The position numbers and the translations under genes are program-made. Below, one piece after another: positions 41,157 through 52,000 of a stretch of DNA of 64,000 nt (positions are counted from its first letter, which is position 1; each line of letters begins with the position of its first letter). The notes under the pieces were generated by a model, which worked only from the letters and a program-made list of their open reading frames with translations, did not search any database and was not told where the DNA came from. This stretch comes from Deinococcales bacterium (GTDB lineage: Bacteria > Deinococcota > Deinococci > Deinococcales > JAAFIG01), in the NCBI GenBank assembly GCA_031414595.1, contig JANNVX010000067.1, positions 1 through 64,000 on the forward strand, given 5' to 3'.

Positions 41157-42197
41157 ATGCAGAAACGACTGGTTGGGGTGGCGCTGGCAGCAGCTTTTGG
41201 CACAATGGTGTACGCGCAAGGTGGTTTTGCGGGTTGGCGCGAAATCAGTATTGCTGGTTTAGTCTGTTCCGATGGTAGCCCGTGGAAGTTCTATGCCACG
41301 AGGGGCGACACGCAAAAAGTCGTGGTGGATTTTCAGGGCGGCGGCGCATGTTGGGATTCGGTCAGTTGCGACCCAAAAAATGGCTTGTACAACCGTACCC
41401 TAAACAAAGGCGACCTTGATTACGCCCAAGGAATTTATAACAAAGGTAGCAATGCCAATCCATTCAAAGGCTGGTCACATGTGTTTGTTCCGTACTGCAC
41501 AGGAGATTTGCACTGGGGCAACAGTGAACAAAAATACACCAGTGGAACAATTCAGCATAAAGGCGCAGCCAACGCCCAAGCCGCCCTCGAGTACACTTAT
41601 AAAAACTTTCCTTTTGCCCAGAATGTTTTTGTGACTGGTTGCAGTGCTGGCAGTTACGGCGCAGCCATGTGGACACCGCACATCATGAAACACTACAACA
41701 AGGCTCGAGTGGCGCTGTTGGGTGACAGTGGCTTAGGAATTACCAGCCAAGGGTTTTCGGACATTGCAACCAAGGCTTGGAATCCGTCTGGCGCAATCCC
41801 AGATTTTATTCCAGAACTGGCAGCCCTGAAGTCTGACCCAAGTAAACTCCGGGTTGAAGCAATTTATAAAGCAGTTGCTAAAGCGTTTCCCAATAATAGT
41901 TTCGCCCAGTTTACGGCGAATACCGATAATGTCCAGATTTTCTTCCATGCGCTTGCCCTTGGTTTAGCTCAACCGACCCAAGCCTCGGCAACCCAATGGG
42001 TTCAGCAAGCCTTTGGCAGTCTGCTCGGGATTAAGGCAGTCACCCCAAATTATGCCAATTATGTTGCCCCTGGCGGCTCGCACTGCATTATTGGCAGCCC
42101 GAATTTTTACACCACCAAAGTTGGCGATAAACCACTGGTCAACTGGGTTAAGGAATTGATTAGCACCACACCAGCCGATGTGATTGCTCGTCCATAA
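41157..42197 (+). CDS. Pectinacetylesterase-family secreted hydrolase
   Basis: CSDGSP, FQGGGACW, VPYCTGDLHWG, GCSAG and HC motifs; AGGAGG RBS. Confidence 0.9.
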   Translation: MQKRLVGVALAAAFGTMVYAQGGFAGWREISIAGLVCSDGSPWKFYATRGDTQKVVVDFQGGGACWDSVSCDPKNGLYNRTLNKGDLDYAQGIYNKGSNANPFKGWSHVFVPYCTGDLHWGNSEQKYTSGTIQHKGAANAQAALEYTYKNFPFAQNVFVTGCSAGSYGAAMWTPHIMKHYNKARVALLGDSGLGITSQGFSDIATKAWNPSGAIPDFIPELAALKSDPSKLRVEAIYKAVAKAFPNNSFAQFTANTDNVQIFFHALALGLAQPTQASATQWVQQAFGSLLGIKAVTPNYANYVAPGGSHCIIGSPNFYTTKVGDKPLVNWVKELISTTPADVIARP

Positions 42198-42230
42198 GCA
42201 CGAATTCTCGAGTTGTGGCATTCTATTAAA

Positions 42231-42656
42231 ATGAATGCCATAACTTTTTTAATACCACTGACTTTTCTGATTGTTTTTTCTGTCATGTGGATGGGCGTGA
42301 TTTGGTTTATCTCGAGGTTTGGCTGGTTTGGTTTGGCATCCTATTGGCGCACCACAGATACGCCCACGGGAATGCTGTACTCGAGTGCGTCGGGTCGTAT
42401 CGGCGCTCGGTACAACCACGTGCTAAAAATTTGGTTAGATGATAAGGGCTTATTTCTCGAGACTATTTGGTTATTTCGCCTTGGGCATGAACGCCTTCTG
42501 ATTCCGTGGGAGGATGTACTGGACATGAAACCGACACGGATTTTATGGCAAACTGGGGTTCGGCTCGAGTTGAAAAATGATAAGTCTTTTGTGCTTTATG
42601 GGGCAGTCAGTGTAGCGCTGCTCGAGTTGTGGACTCAAAAACCAGCTTTAGAATAA
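42231..42656 (+). CDS. Hypothetical membrane protein
   Basis: N-terminal TM; GW..LA..Y and H..L.IPW pattern. Confidence 0.7.
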   Translation: MNAITFLIPLTFLIVFSVMWMGVIWFISRFGWFGLASYWRTTDTPTGMLYSSASGRIGARYNHVLKIWLDDKGLFLETIWLFRLGHERLLIPWEDVLDMKPTRILWQTGVRLELKNDKSFVLYGAVSVALLELWTQKPALE

Positions 42657-42663
42657 ATACTAC

Positions 42664-42683
42664 ATATTGACAATCATCAATAT
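42664..42683. promoter_or_regulatory. ArsR-type operator 1
   Basis: ATATTGA-N6-TCAATAT inverted repeat overlapping a TTGACA -35 upstream of arsR. Confidence 0.75.
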
Positions 42684-42701
42684 ATAATGTACACTCGAGC
42701 C

Positions 42702-43034
42702 ATGTCTGGGCTGATGCAACTCGAGCCAACAATGTCAGAAGCCCCTTTGGGTCTCGAGGGTATGGCATGGATTTTCAAAGCCCTTTCCGACCCTGCACGG
42801 CTTAAAATAATTATGTATTTGGCTTCGGATGCGGTTGGTTGTTGTGGCGATGGCATTTGTGGCTGTGATTTAGAGTCGGTGACAGGGCTTTCTCAACCGA
42901 CGATTAGCCATCATATGAAGTGCTTGGCTTCGGCTGGTTTGGTTGTGGCACAAAAACGCGGTAAATGGATGTATTACAGTTTGGACACTCGAGTTTTTGC
43001 GGCGGCTGGGGCTTATTTGACCCAGTGTTGCTAA
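42702..43034 (+). CDS. arsR: ArsR/SmtB-family repressor
   Basis: FKALSDPARL, CCGDGICGCDL, SQPTISHH and RGKWMYY motifs; terminal CC. Confidence 0.9.
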   Translation: MSGLMQLEPTMSEAPLGLEGMAWIFKALSDPARLKIIMYLASDAVGCCGDGICGCDLESVTGLSQPTISHHMKCLASAGLVVAQKRGKWMYYSLDTRVFAAAGAYLTQCC

Positions 43035-43048
43035 AAATTAGGTCAAAC

Positions 43049-43068
43049 ATATTGAAATGTATCAATGT
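43049..43068. promoter_or_regulatory. ArsR-type operator 2
   Basis: ATATTGA-N6-TCAATGT, a near-identical copy of the 42664 site, downstream of arsR. Confidence 0.7.
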
Positions 43069-43080
43069 AAGGAGAAATGT

Positions 43081-43260
43081 ATGAACATTAACGAAATTCT
43101 AAATCACCAAGAACAAATTCGGCATGACGTTCGGATTGCCCATCTCGAGGAGTACACCCTTCTCGAGTGGTGGCAGGGCTTATGGCACAAAACCAGTGTC
43201 AAAATCCCCAAACCCCTCGCCCTAACCAGCGCCGAAGCTGCTTGCGCCTACACATGTTAA
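43081..43260 (+). CDS. Small hypothetical protein (59 aa, C-terminal CxxxC)
   Basis: AAGGAG RBS before ATG 43081; fills the gap to the next RBS. Confidence 0.6.
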   Translation: MNINEILNHQEQIRHDVRIAHLEEYTLLEWWQGLWHKTSVKIPKPLALTSAEAACAYTC

Positions 43261-43274
43261 AAGGAGAATCATAT

Positions 43275-43775
43275 ATGTCAAACTTAGAAACGTTTTTAAT
43301 CAATCTCGAGCCGCACCTTGAACACCCGATGGTCTTTGACCTTGGTAATGGGCAGCATGTGCCAGTTGGCTATCATGTCACCGAATTCAAAGCCCTCGAG
43401 TATCACACCGTAGATTGTGGTGGTATGGAACACAAATTCCAAGAAACCGTGATTGAACTCTGGCGCACTGCCCTCGAGCTAGACCGTGATTTTATGAGCG
43501 TTGGCAAGTTCTTAAGTATTTATAAAAAAGTCAGTCCTAAAGTTAATTTTGCTACCCAAGCCGAACTGATTTTCTTGTATGGCGCTCAAGGACAACCAGC
43601 CGCACGCTACGCGGTTGCTAAACTCGAGCCTAAGAATGGTCAATTGATTGTACATCTCGAGCCAGACGGCGTGCGTTGCAAAAGTGCAGACCGCAAAGCT
43701 GATGCGATACTGGATGGTTTACCCATAATTTCTGGATGTTGTACTCCAGTCAATTCGAGTAAGGTTTGTTGCTGA
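43275..43775 (+). CDS. DUF6428-like protein (ars-operon associated)
   Basis: YHVTEFK, VDCGG and ET.IELW motifs; Cys-rich tail GCC...CC; AAGGAG RBS. Confidence 0.75.
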   Translation: MSNLETFLINLEPHLEHPMVFDLGNGQHVPVGYHVTEFKALEYHTVDCGGMEHKFQETVIELWRTALELDRDFMSVGKFLSIYKKVSPKVNFATQAELIFLYGAQGQPAARYAVAKLEPKNGQLIVHLEPDGVRCKSADRKADAILDGLPIISGCCTPVNSSKVCC

Positions 43776-44677
43776 TGTTACGCCAAGCTACCCTCAGCGA
43801 CCTCGAGCTTCTAAAAGCTCATTTAAGCCAAGCTAAACTTGTTTTACAAAGCATCGAAGAACATTTAGAACATTTCTGGCTTTTATTTGATGGGGATGAC
43901 CTAATCGCTTCGGCTGGTCTCGAGATTTATGGCGGCGTGGCGTTGCTTCGTTCGGTTGCTGTTAATGCTCATTGGCAGAATCAGGGTTTGGGTCAGCAAA
44001 TCCTACAAAAAATTCTCGAGTATGCCTCGAGCTTGGGCATACGAGAACTGGTACTGCTGACCGAAACAGCACCAAGTTACTTTGAGCGTTACGGTTTTAG
44101 GAAAATCGCTCGAGAACACGCCCCACAAGCCGTCAAAGCATCAACCGAATTTAAGGGTGCGTGTTCGGATAGTGCAATTGTTATGCGCCGCTTTCTGGTT
44201 CACATCCGTACTGCCGAGCCAAAAGACGCTTTACAAATTACCCAGATTTATAACCAAGGCATCGAAGACCGAATCGCTACTTTTGAAAGCGAAGCTCGTT
44301 TGGAACAAGATATTCTCGAGTGGTTCAATCCAAACTATCCGTTTTTAGTGGCTGAACGTGACGGTCTGGTACTTGGTTTTATTCGCGCCTCGAGTTACCG
44401 CAGCCGAGCAAGTTATGCTCAAATTGCCGAGTACAGTGTTTATGTGGCTCGAGAAGCCCAAGGACAACGAATTGGTGATGCGCTGATGACCACTTTTATT
44501 CCAATTCTAAAAGAAAAAGGGTTTTCTAAGGTTCTCTCGAGAATCTTTCCGGAGAATACTGCTTCTTTGGCACTTTGCGCTAAACATGGCTTTAGAGTCG
44601 TTGGTGTCTATCAAAAACATGCCCAGCTAGACGGCGTTTGGCGTGATTGTGTAATCGTTGAACGGTTGCTCGTGTAG
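43775..44677 (+). CDS. Tandem GNAT fusion: ArsN2-like + ArsN1/phosphinothricin-acetyltransferase-like
   Basis: N-half has GLEIYG..ALLRSVAV...LLTETA..YF...CS.SA; C-half has IYNQGIEDRIATFE...EYSVYV...IFPENTAS...WRDCVIVERLL. Confidence 0.85.
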   Translation: MLRQATLSDLELLKAHLSQAKLVLQSIEEHLEHFWLLFDGDDLIASAGLEIYGGVALLRSVAVNAHWQNQGLGQQILQKILEYASSLGIRELVLLTETAPSYFERYGFRKIAREHAPQAVKASTEFKGACSDSAIVMRRFLVHIRTAEPKDALQITQIYNQGIEDRIATFESEARLEQDILEWFNPNYPFLVAERDGLVLGFIRASSYRSRASYAQIAEYSVYVAREAQGQRIGDALMTTFIPILKEKGFSKVLSRIFPENTASLALCAKHGFRVVGVYQKHAQLDGVWRDCVIVERLLV

Positions 44678-44687
44678 AATTTAGCAC

Positions 44688-45161
44688 ATGAAAAGATTCT
44701 TGCCCGTTTTAATCGCTGTTTTGTTTTGGTCTGGGGCTGCCCAAGCTCAGGAATTTGGTTTCCGTTTTGGTTTACAACTGCTGACCATTCCGGGTGTGCA
44801 AATCGGCACAGAAATTAGTTTTGGTGATTGGGGTCTTGGCACACGGGCTTCGTTTGGGACAGTTATTTTTGTGTCTCGAGTCCAACTCGATGCCTATATG
44901 TTTATGCGAATTTCTGGTTCTTGGCAAAGTTATATGGGTTTTGGGGTGGCTGGGCTTACGGTGGTTGCCAATAACAGTTTATTTGATCTTCATGCTTTGT
45001 TTGGGGTGCGCTTGAACAATGGTTTTTATGCCGAAGTTGTACCAAGACTATTTTTTGGTTCGCCTTGTTCAGACACCTTTAATTGTACCTCTACAACTGG
45101 CTCGATTCGTGCCTTGGCGTATGGGATTGACTTTGGACTTGGTTTTTCTTGGCGCTTTTGA
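44688..45161 (+). CDS. Hypothetical secreted/outer-membrane beta-strand protein
   Basis: Signal peptide (AQA), alternating aromatic/Gly strands, C-terminal Phe (GFSWRF). Confidence 0.65.
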   Translation: MKRFLPVLIAVLFWSGAAQAQEFGFRFGLQLLTIPGVQIGTEISFGDWGLGTRASFGTVIFVSRVQLDAYMFMRISGSWQSYMGFGVAGLTVVANNSLFDLHALFGVRLNNGFYAEVVPRLFFGSPCSDTFNCTSTTGSIRALAYGIDFGLGFSWRF

Positions 45162-45234
45162 ATCGTGACAAAAAATACCAAGCAAAATAGCTGTTGGTGG
45201 GTTAGACTGTTCTGGAAGTGACAGGAGCTTTTTC

Positions 45235-47445
45235 ATGAACCGCTACGATGACCGTGCCAGACTTGTATTTCATTATGCTCGAGAAGAAGGTTCTAAGCTC
45301 GGTCATGCCATGATCGGACCAGAACATTTGTTGCTTGGTCTGATGCGAGAAGGTGGGACGGCTTGCCGAATCCTCACCGAATTTGGCGCAACTTTAGAAG
45401 GTTTTCGTCGTCGGGTCGAAGAAATCATTGGTCGCGGCGAGGGTTTACGCCACACCGAAGCCCCAGCTATTACCCCAAGGGCGCGGCGCGTGATGGAACT
45501 AGCATCCTCCGAAGCCCGTAATTTGGGCAGTCAAGTGATTGGCACTGAGCATATTTTATTGGGCATCCTGCGCGAAGGCGACGGGGTTGCCTACCGAATC
45601 CTGACCGATTTAGCCAGAGACCCAGACACGATTCGTTGGCGAATTCTGGCACACACCGACCCAAAAACCGAACCTAAAAATGTCAATACCCCTTTTTTAG
45701 ACGAGTACGGACGCGATTTAACCAAAGAAGCCAAAGAAGGCAAACTCGACCCTGTAATCGGGCGCAGCGAAGAAATTCGTCGGGTGGTGCAGATACTTTC
45801 GCGCCGCACCAAGAATAACCCCGTTTTAATCGGCGACCCAGGGGTCGGTAAAACCGCGATTGCCGAAGGTTTAGCCTTAGCTATTTTTGAAAAACGAGTC
45901 CCAGATAACCTTAAAAATGTGCGTTTAATCTCAATAGACTTAGCCGGTGTGGTGGCGGGTACAAAATACCGTGGTGAATTTGAAGAACGCCTTCGGCAAA
46001 TCATTGAAGAACTGCGCCAAGCCCGAGTGGTGGCATTTGTGGATGAACTCCATACCCTCGTTGGGGCGGGCGGGGCAGAAGGCACATTGGATGCCGCCAA
46101 TATCCTTAAACCAGCCTTGGCACGCGGTGAAGTTCAAGTGATTGGCGCAACCACGACTGGCGAGTACCACCGTTATATCGAAAAAGATGCTGCTCTCGAG
46201 CGCCGTTTTCAACCTGTGCTGGTTCTCGAGCCTAGCCCCGAAGATACTTTAGAGATTCTGCGTGGCTTAAAGTCGCGTTACGAAGAGCATCATAACGTCA
46301 TCATCCCAGATTCGGTGCTGATGTTGGCTGTCAAAGTCGGCGAGCGCAGCTTGCCAGGGCGGAATTTCCCCGATAAAGCCATAGATTTAATAGATGAAGC
46401 TGGCTCGAGGGTGCGCCTGAACGCCAGTTTGAATATGCCGGTCTTAGAGGATGCCGACGGCACGCCAATTGTCTCCCGCGAAGACATCGAAGCCGTGGTG
46501 GACTCTTGGGGCGGGGTTTATATCGATGACCGTGATGACCAAAAACTGCTGGGTCTCGAGGAAGAACTTCGCGCTCAAGTCTTTGGGCAACCAGACGCGG
46601 TGCGCTCACTCGCTTCGGCACTGCGGCGTTCACGGGTCGGGCTTGGTGGGCAAACCCGTTTAGCCGCTAGTTTTTTATTTGTTGGCTCGAGTGGGGTCGG
46701 TAAAACCCATTTAGCCAAAGCCCTTGCCAAGGTTTTATTTGGTTCAGAGCGTAGTTTAATTCGCTTTGACATGTCCGAGTATCAAGAACCACACACCATT
46801 TCTAAGCTGATTGGCGCGCCCCCGGGCTATATCGGGCATGACCAAGGTGGGCGTTTGACCGAAGCCGTTCGCCGCCAGCCATTTAGTGTGATTCTGCTGG
46901 ACGAAATCGAAAAAGCCCATTCGGATGTTTATAACACCTTTTTACAAGTCATGGATGATGGGCGTTTAACCGATGGCATGGGTAGAGCCGTAGACTTTAA
47001 GCGCTGTATTTTAATCATGACCAGCAATACTGGCTTTAATGTTTCCGGGGCAGTGCGTTTTGCTGGCGACTCGGAAATTATGGATACCCAACCGGTTAAA
47101 AACCTCTTTACCCCAGAATTTTTAGACCGTTTAGACGAAGTGATTCGCTTTAAGCCGCTTGGCGAAAACGAACTCTTAAACATTGCCAGAACTTTGCTCG
47201 AAGAAATGCGGCTCGAGTTACGCAGCCGAGATTTACGGATTAACTTTGACTCTAAAATTGCGGGTTATTTGGTCAGCAGGGTCAAACTCAAAGGCTCGAG
47301 CCGTCAGTTACGCACAATTATCCGCGAAGAAATCGAAGACCCATTGGCATTGGCGCTGCTTTCTTTTCCCGAGGGCGAAGTCTTCCTATCCATGCAGGGC
47401 GGAAAAATAGAATTTGTGCGCCCAGAATTGGTGGCTGACTTCTAA
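45235..47445 (+). CDS. clpC: ATP-dependent Clp protease ATPase subunit (ClpC/ClpA type)
   Basis: Two Clp-N repeats (EHLLLGL), two AAA+ modules (GDPGVGKT, GSSGVGKT), PDKAIDLIDEA and PEFLDRLD motifs. Confidence 0.92.
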   Translation: MNRYDDRARLVFHYAREEGSKLGHAMIGPEHLLLGLMREGGTACRILTEFGATLEGFRRRVEEIIGRGEGLRHTEAPAITPRARRVMELASSEARNLGSQVIGTEHILLGILREGDGVAYRILTDLARDPDTIRWRILAHTDPKTEPKNVNTPFLDEYGRDLTKEAKEGKLDPVIGRSEEIRRVVQILSRRTKNNPVLIGDPGVGKTAIAEGLALAIFEKRVPDNLKNVRLISIDLAGVVAGTKYRGEFEERLRQIIEELRQARVVAFVDELHTLVGAGGAEGTLDAANILKPALARGEVQVIGATTTGEYHRYIEKDAALERRFQPVLVLEPSPEDTLEILRGLKSRYEEHHNVIIPDSVLMLAVKVGERSLPGRNFPDKAIDLIDEAGSRVRLNASLNMPVLEDADGTPIVSREDIEAVVDSWGGVYIDDRDDQKLLGLEEELRAQVFGQPDAVRSLASALRRSRVGLGGQTRLAASFLFVGSSGVGKTHLAKALAKVLFGSERSLIRFDMSEYQEPHTISKLIGAPPGYIGHDQGGRLTEAVRRQPFSVILLDEIEKAHSDVYNTFLQVMDDGRLTDGMGRAVDFKRCILIMTSNTGFNVSGAVRFAGDSEIMDTQPVKNLFTPEFLDRLDEVIRFKPLGENELLNIARTLLEEMRLELRSRDLRINFDSKIAGYLVSRVKLKGSSRQLRTIIREEIEDPLALALLSFPEGEVFLSMQGGKIEFVRPELVADF

Positions 47446-47483
47446 ATCGGCACAACTTGACTAAGCTGTGCTACCATTAGCCA

Positions 47484-47723
47484 ATGATGTCAGTCAATAT
47501 GTTGGAAGCAAAAACCCAACTGTCTAAGTTGGTCGAACGTGCCTTAAACGGCGAAGAAGTGGTTATTGCCAAAGATGGCGAGCCGCAAGTTCGGCTTGTG
47601 CCAATTAAACAAAAGGTGCTAAGACCAGTGGGACTGTATTCATCGGTAGGATTAAGTCCAGAAAGCCTAAAAGAAAGTATTGCCCAGCTATCCGAAGAAG
47701 AGCTTAAGGCTTGGCATGGCTGA
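47484..47723 (+). CDS. Phd/YefM-family antitoxin
   Basis: VNMLEAKTQLSKLVERALNGEEVVIAKDGEP motif. Confidence 0.92.
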   Translation: MMSVNMLEAKTQLSKLVERALNGEEVVIAKDGEPQVRLVPIKQKVLRPVGLYSSVGLSPESLKESIAQLSEEELKAWHG

Positions 47724-48108
47724 GTCTGTTTTGATTGATTCACATGTGCTGCTGTGGTTCAATAATAAACCAGACGAACTCAGCCCTCGAGTTGTGACCT
47801 TGTTGCGTGACCCAAGCACAATTGTTTTTGTTTCGAGCATGACAGCCCATGAATTGGCGGTTAAGTATGCGAACGGTAAGTTACCAGAAGCAAGTGCTTT
47901 GGTGAATGATTTTCTGGGAATTTTAAGTCGCTACAATTTTCATGAATTGCCGTATTCGATTAGCGATGCCTTATGCGCCGCAAAACTTGAACCGTCCCAC
48001 AAAGACCCTTTTGATCGGGCTTTAAGCGCTCAGGCTTTAGAGCGAAATTATGCTTTGGTCAGCATAGACCAGATGCTTGACCAATTTGGAGTGCGTCGCA
48101 TCTGGTGA
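47716..48108 (+). CDS. vapC: VapC (PIN-domain) toxin
   Basis: LIDSHVLLW, E..K...GKL and HKDPFDR motifs; overlaps the antitoxin stop. Confidence 0.92.
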   Translation: MAESVLIDSHVLLWFNNKPDELSPRVVTLLRDPSTIVFVSSMTAHELAVKYANGKLPEASALVNDFLGILSRYNFHELPYSISDALCAAKLEPSHKDPFDRALSAQALERNYALVSIDQMLDQFGVRRIW

Positions 48109-48168
48109 ACCAAAAACTGTATTCAGGCGTGTTGTGTCTAAATACCAAAAAACGTCAGACTAGATAGC

Positions 48169-49092
48169 ATGAGTCAAGGACTAAAAGTAGCTGTTACTGG
48201 CGCGACTGGTTATGTTGGGCATCACGTATTGCGCGAACTGCTCGAGCGTGGGCATAGCGTCACGGCACTCTCGAGAAGCGGCGCAAAATCCAGCACCGCC
48301 AGTGGAAAATCCCTAGCCACTTTTGAGAATGTCAAATACATCGGTGGCGATGTCTCGACGGCTCGTAACCTCGACACAGCCTTTGCTGGGGCGGATGTGG
48401 TGATTCATTTGGTTGGGATTATTAGCGAACATAAAGACCAGACTTTCCAGAATGTGCATGTCAACGGCACAAAAAACGTTCTCGAGGCAGCAAAAAAAGC
48501 GGGTGTCAAGCGTTACCTGCACATGAGTGCTTTGGGTGCGGCTGCCAACGCTGCCAGTGGCTACTCAAGTAGCAAATTTGCAGCAGAAGAGCTGGTGCGA
48601 GCCAGTGGTCTCGAGTATACGATTTTTCGTCCTAGCCTGATTTTTGGCGAAGGCGACGATTTCTTTGGACGGGTCTTAAAAAACCTTGTCTCGAGTGCGC
48701 CAATCGTGCCACAAATTGGCGATGGCAGTTTTCCATTCAGACCAGTCTGGGTGGGCGACGTGGCAAAATGTTTTGCCCAAGCGCTGGATATTCCCAGTAG
48801 TATCGGGCAAGTCTTTGATGTGGTGGGCAGTAAAGAATTTAGTTTTAAGGAACTGCTTAATCTCGAGATGAACGCCCTAGGAACTAAAAAACCCCTTGTT
48901 CCAGTACCGATTTTTTTAATGGATATTGGTGTGCCGCTCATGCAGATTTTGGGTTCGTTAGCACCGATTACGACCCATCAGTACGCGATGCTCAAAGCGG
49001 GGAACACCGCCGACCCAGCCCCAGTCAATGCAATGTTTAAGCTCGAGAACCGCAGTTTAGAGACCGAATTACCGAAATTACTCGGGAAGTAA
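48169..49092 (+). CDS. NAD(P)-binding protein, complex I NDUFA9-like atypical SDR
   Basis: TGATGYVG, HLVGII, HMSALGA, YSSSK, RPSLIFG and PVWVGDVA motifs. Confidence 0.9.
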   Translation: MSQGLKVAVTGATGYVGHHVLRELLERGHSVTALSRSGAKSSTASGKSLATFENVKYIGGDVSTARNLDTAFAGADVVIHLVGIISEHKDQTFQNVHVNGTKNVLEAAKKAGVKRYLHMSALGAAANAASGYSSSKFAAEELVRASGLEYTIFRPSLIFGEGDDFFGRVLKNLVSSAPIVPQIGDGSFPFRPVWVGDVAKCFAQALDIPSSIGQVFDVVGSKEFSFKELLNLEMNALGTKKPLVPVPIFLMDIGVPLMQILGSLAPITTHQYAMLKAGNTADPAPVNAMFKLENRSLETELPKLLGK

Positions 49093-52000
49093 AATAAATT
49101 CTTGCCATGAACTCGGTAGGCTTTCACCAATTTTTTGGTACTGCTCTTGTTGCACCTGATAAAAACTGTTCAGACTCGAGTCGAGACTGGCTTCAAGGGC
49201 TTGTACGTGCAGTCGCAGGGCGGGTCGCTCGAACGGGTTCATGTTTAATAAAATGCGACTGGCTCGAGTGGCTTCGGTTGGATTAATGGGCAAGCTTTGG
49301 GTGATGGCTCGGGTCAGGGCTTCAGATAGGGCTTCTTGGACACTTGGGTTAAGGCTTATTTCGTCTTCTAAGTACACGCCGCGCCAGATTGTGGTGTCCA
49401 GTGTTTCTAAGAAATCCTCGGCATCGGTACGAACGCCTAAACAATAACCAAGGGTGGTGTGTTGCACAATTTCACTGCCAAGGCTTTTGCGTAAACGATA
49501 AATCAGCTGCCGAAGAGCCGAAGCCGCTTGTTCTTCGTTTTCTTCGGGGTAGAGTGTGTCTATCATCTCGAGTTGAGTCACCATGACCCTGCCCATCAAC
49601 CGCGCCTCGAGCAGTAATGCCAGTAGTTCTCGGGCTTTTTTTAAGCGCTTAGAAATGGTTTGGGTAGCGTAGCGCATTTCGCCTAGCACCTCGAGTTTTT
49701 GAGGGTTGGTTTGAGTGGTTTGTTGTGACTGATTAAACATTTCTGGAAAGTAGCGTTTGGCAACATGAAGGGTAGAAATTGCCTCATCTCCCAATTCTTT
49801 TAATCGTCTAATCCGCAAAGCAGCCGCTTCTTTTTGCGAAAACAAATAATCAAATTCTAAAGCAAATCGTTCAAACGAAATACTTGTATCGGTATCTTCT
49901 AAGGTTTTCAGGGCTTGAATCATTTCTTGTTTTGATTCTTCTATAAAACCAAGTGCAAAACGAGTTCTTGCTCGAACCCACATGCCCTTAGCCAAGTCAC
50001 TTGTCAACTCGAGTTTTTGTGCTAATTCTATTTGTTCATCAATTAAAGTTAGTGCCACACTTGGGTCGCCATGAAGGGCTTCAATCCAAGCTATATCGGC
50101 TAAGTTACGGGCAAGTTGTGGTTTGCTGGTCAGTAATCTTTGGTAACGTAGGGCATCTTTGGTGTGTTTGCAAGCTAGAATTTCACCAAACGGCGGACTC
50201 CATTCCATGTACAAATAAGCCAGTTGTAAATGGACTGAAGTCAAGTACAACCAATCACCTGTGGCATGACTGAGTACATTTTGGGCTTCTAAGAGCAGCA
50301 ATTCAGCCCGTTCAAACTGCCCTAAGTAGGTGATGGAGCTTGCAATTGCCGCTTGTCGAATCGAATAACGAAAAGGGTCAGCTAAATCTCGCATCAGTTG
50401 CAAAGAAGTCTCGAGGTCATGCAAACCTTCTTGTTTTCGCCCTAAGTCCATACGAACCAAACCCCGATTAGAAATCAGCAATTCTTGTTCTATCCATAAG
50501 TTGCTAGATTCTTCAGGATGTTCTTGCAGTAAGTTTAGGGTTTGGGTAAATAAGGCTTCGGCTGCCGTAAATTGTCCTAGGATACGCAATCCAAGGGCTT
50601 TAACATTGAATAAACGCAAACGGGCTGAAAGTTCAACTGGGCGGCTTAAGGTTTGGTCTATCAGTTCAAATGCCTCTACTTGTCTGGACAGTTGAATCAA
50701 TGACATGGCAATACTCCAATTGACTACAGGATTTAATTGTTGTTGCAAATCTGGGTGTTGTTGCCAAATCGAAATAACCTTCTGGTAATCACCACGAATC
50801 GCTAGGAATTGCACAAATGCGGCTAGCCAAGCAACATCAAATTCTTTTTCAGGAGCAGATTTAATCAGTATTTGTTCGGCTTCATCACTGCGTCCTAAGA
50901 GTTGCAAAGCTAAACACCAACCCAAAATAAACTCTGGATTATCTGGCTCGAGACGAAAAGCAATTTCATACAATCGGGCTGATTCGGTTCGGTCAAAGGG
51001 CTTTAAGAGTTCTGCGGCTTGAAACGCCATACTACTTTTTTCTTCTAATGAAGTCAGTTGTACCGCATACGCAAAAGCGCGTCCGGCAAAATGTTTATTT
51101 CCTTTGGCGGCAGTCAGACGTGCCACTTCTAACCATACGTCAAGGGTTTGTTTTGGCTCGAGTTGTGCCGTTTCCACCAGATACTCAATGAGTTCTGGTG
51201 CAAATAAAAGGGTTGGAGCAATTAATTCTCGGGCAATGCTGATTTTTTCTTGCAACCACATTTTTGAACGCAATACTTCGGGATACAGCGGATGCACAAA
51301 TTGATTAGCCGACCAGATACCTGTGCTGAACAATTCAAGATGGTAGACATTTTGCATTTGCTCTGACCAAGTGGCAAAAACATGGTCTCTTAGGTTTGGT
51401 TGATTGGGCAACAAGGCTAAACTAAGCAGCACTTGACGTAAAATACTTGGCGCTGCTATTTGCTGGCTAATATCTTCTAAACGCTCAATAATAATCGCTT
51501 CTAAATCTTTGGGAATTGTCTGTGTTTGTATTGGTTCTTGCCAAAACCATTGTTTCTGCACTTGCCATAAAAAACCTTGGCGCAGGGCGTGTTGAAAAAA
51601 CTCGAGGGTAAAAAGTGGATTACCTAAACTGCGTTTATAAATCCAATTTATTGCATCTGGTGGTAAGGGATAAACGGCGGCGTTATTGAGTAAAGCTGTT
51701 GCTGCTTTTTGGTCAAGGGCTTGCAAAGAAAATTCTTGAAATGCAGCCGATAATGGTAAACGGCTGGTGATAATTAAACCAATGCCCTTACTTTTACCCA
51801 GCATTTGTGCCACTGTAACCCAAAGTGCCAGTTGCGCTGGGTTGGCTTCATGGGCATCCTCGAGATGCACCAGCACAGGCGACAGGGCTGTTAAATAAGT
51901 CAATACGGCTTGGGCTATAGATTTTTCGGATAGATTTTGCTGTTCTTTGAGTTGCTTAAAAACTTGTTCTGCCCAAACAGGCAAAGGTTTTGTGGCTACC

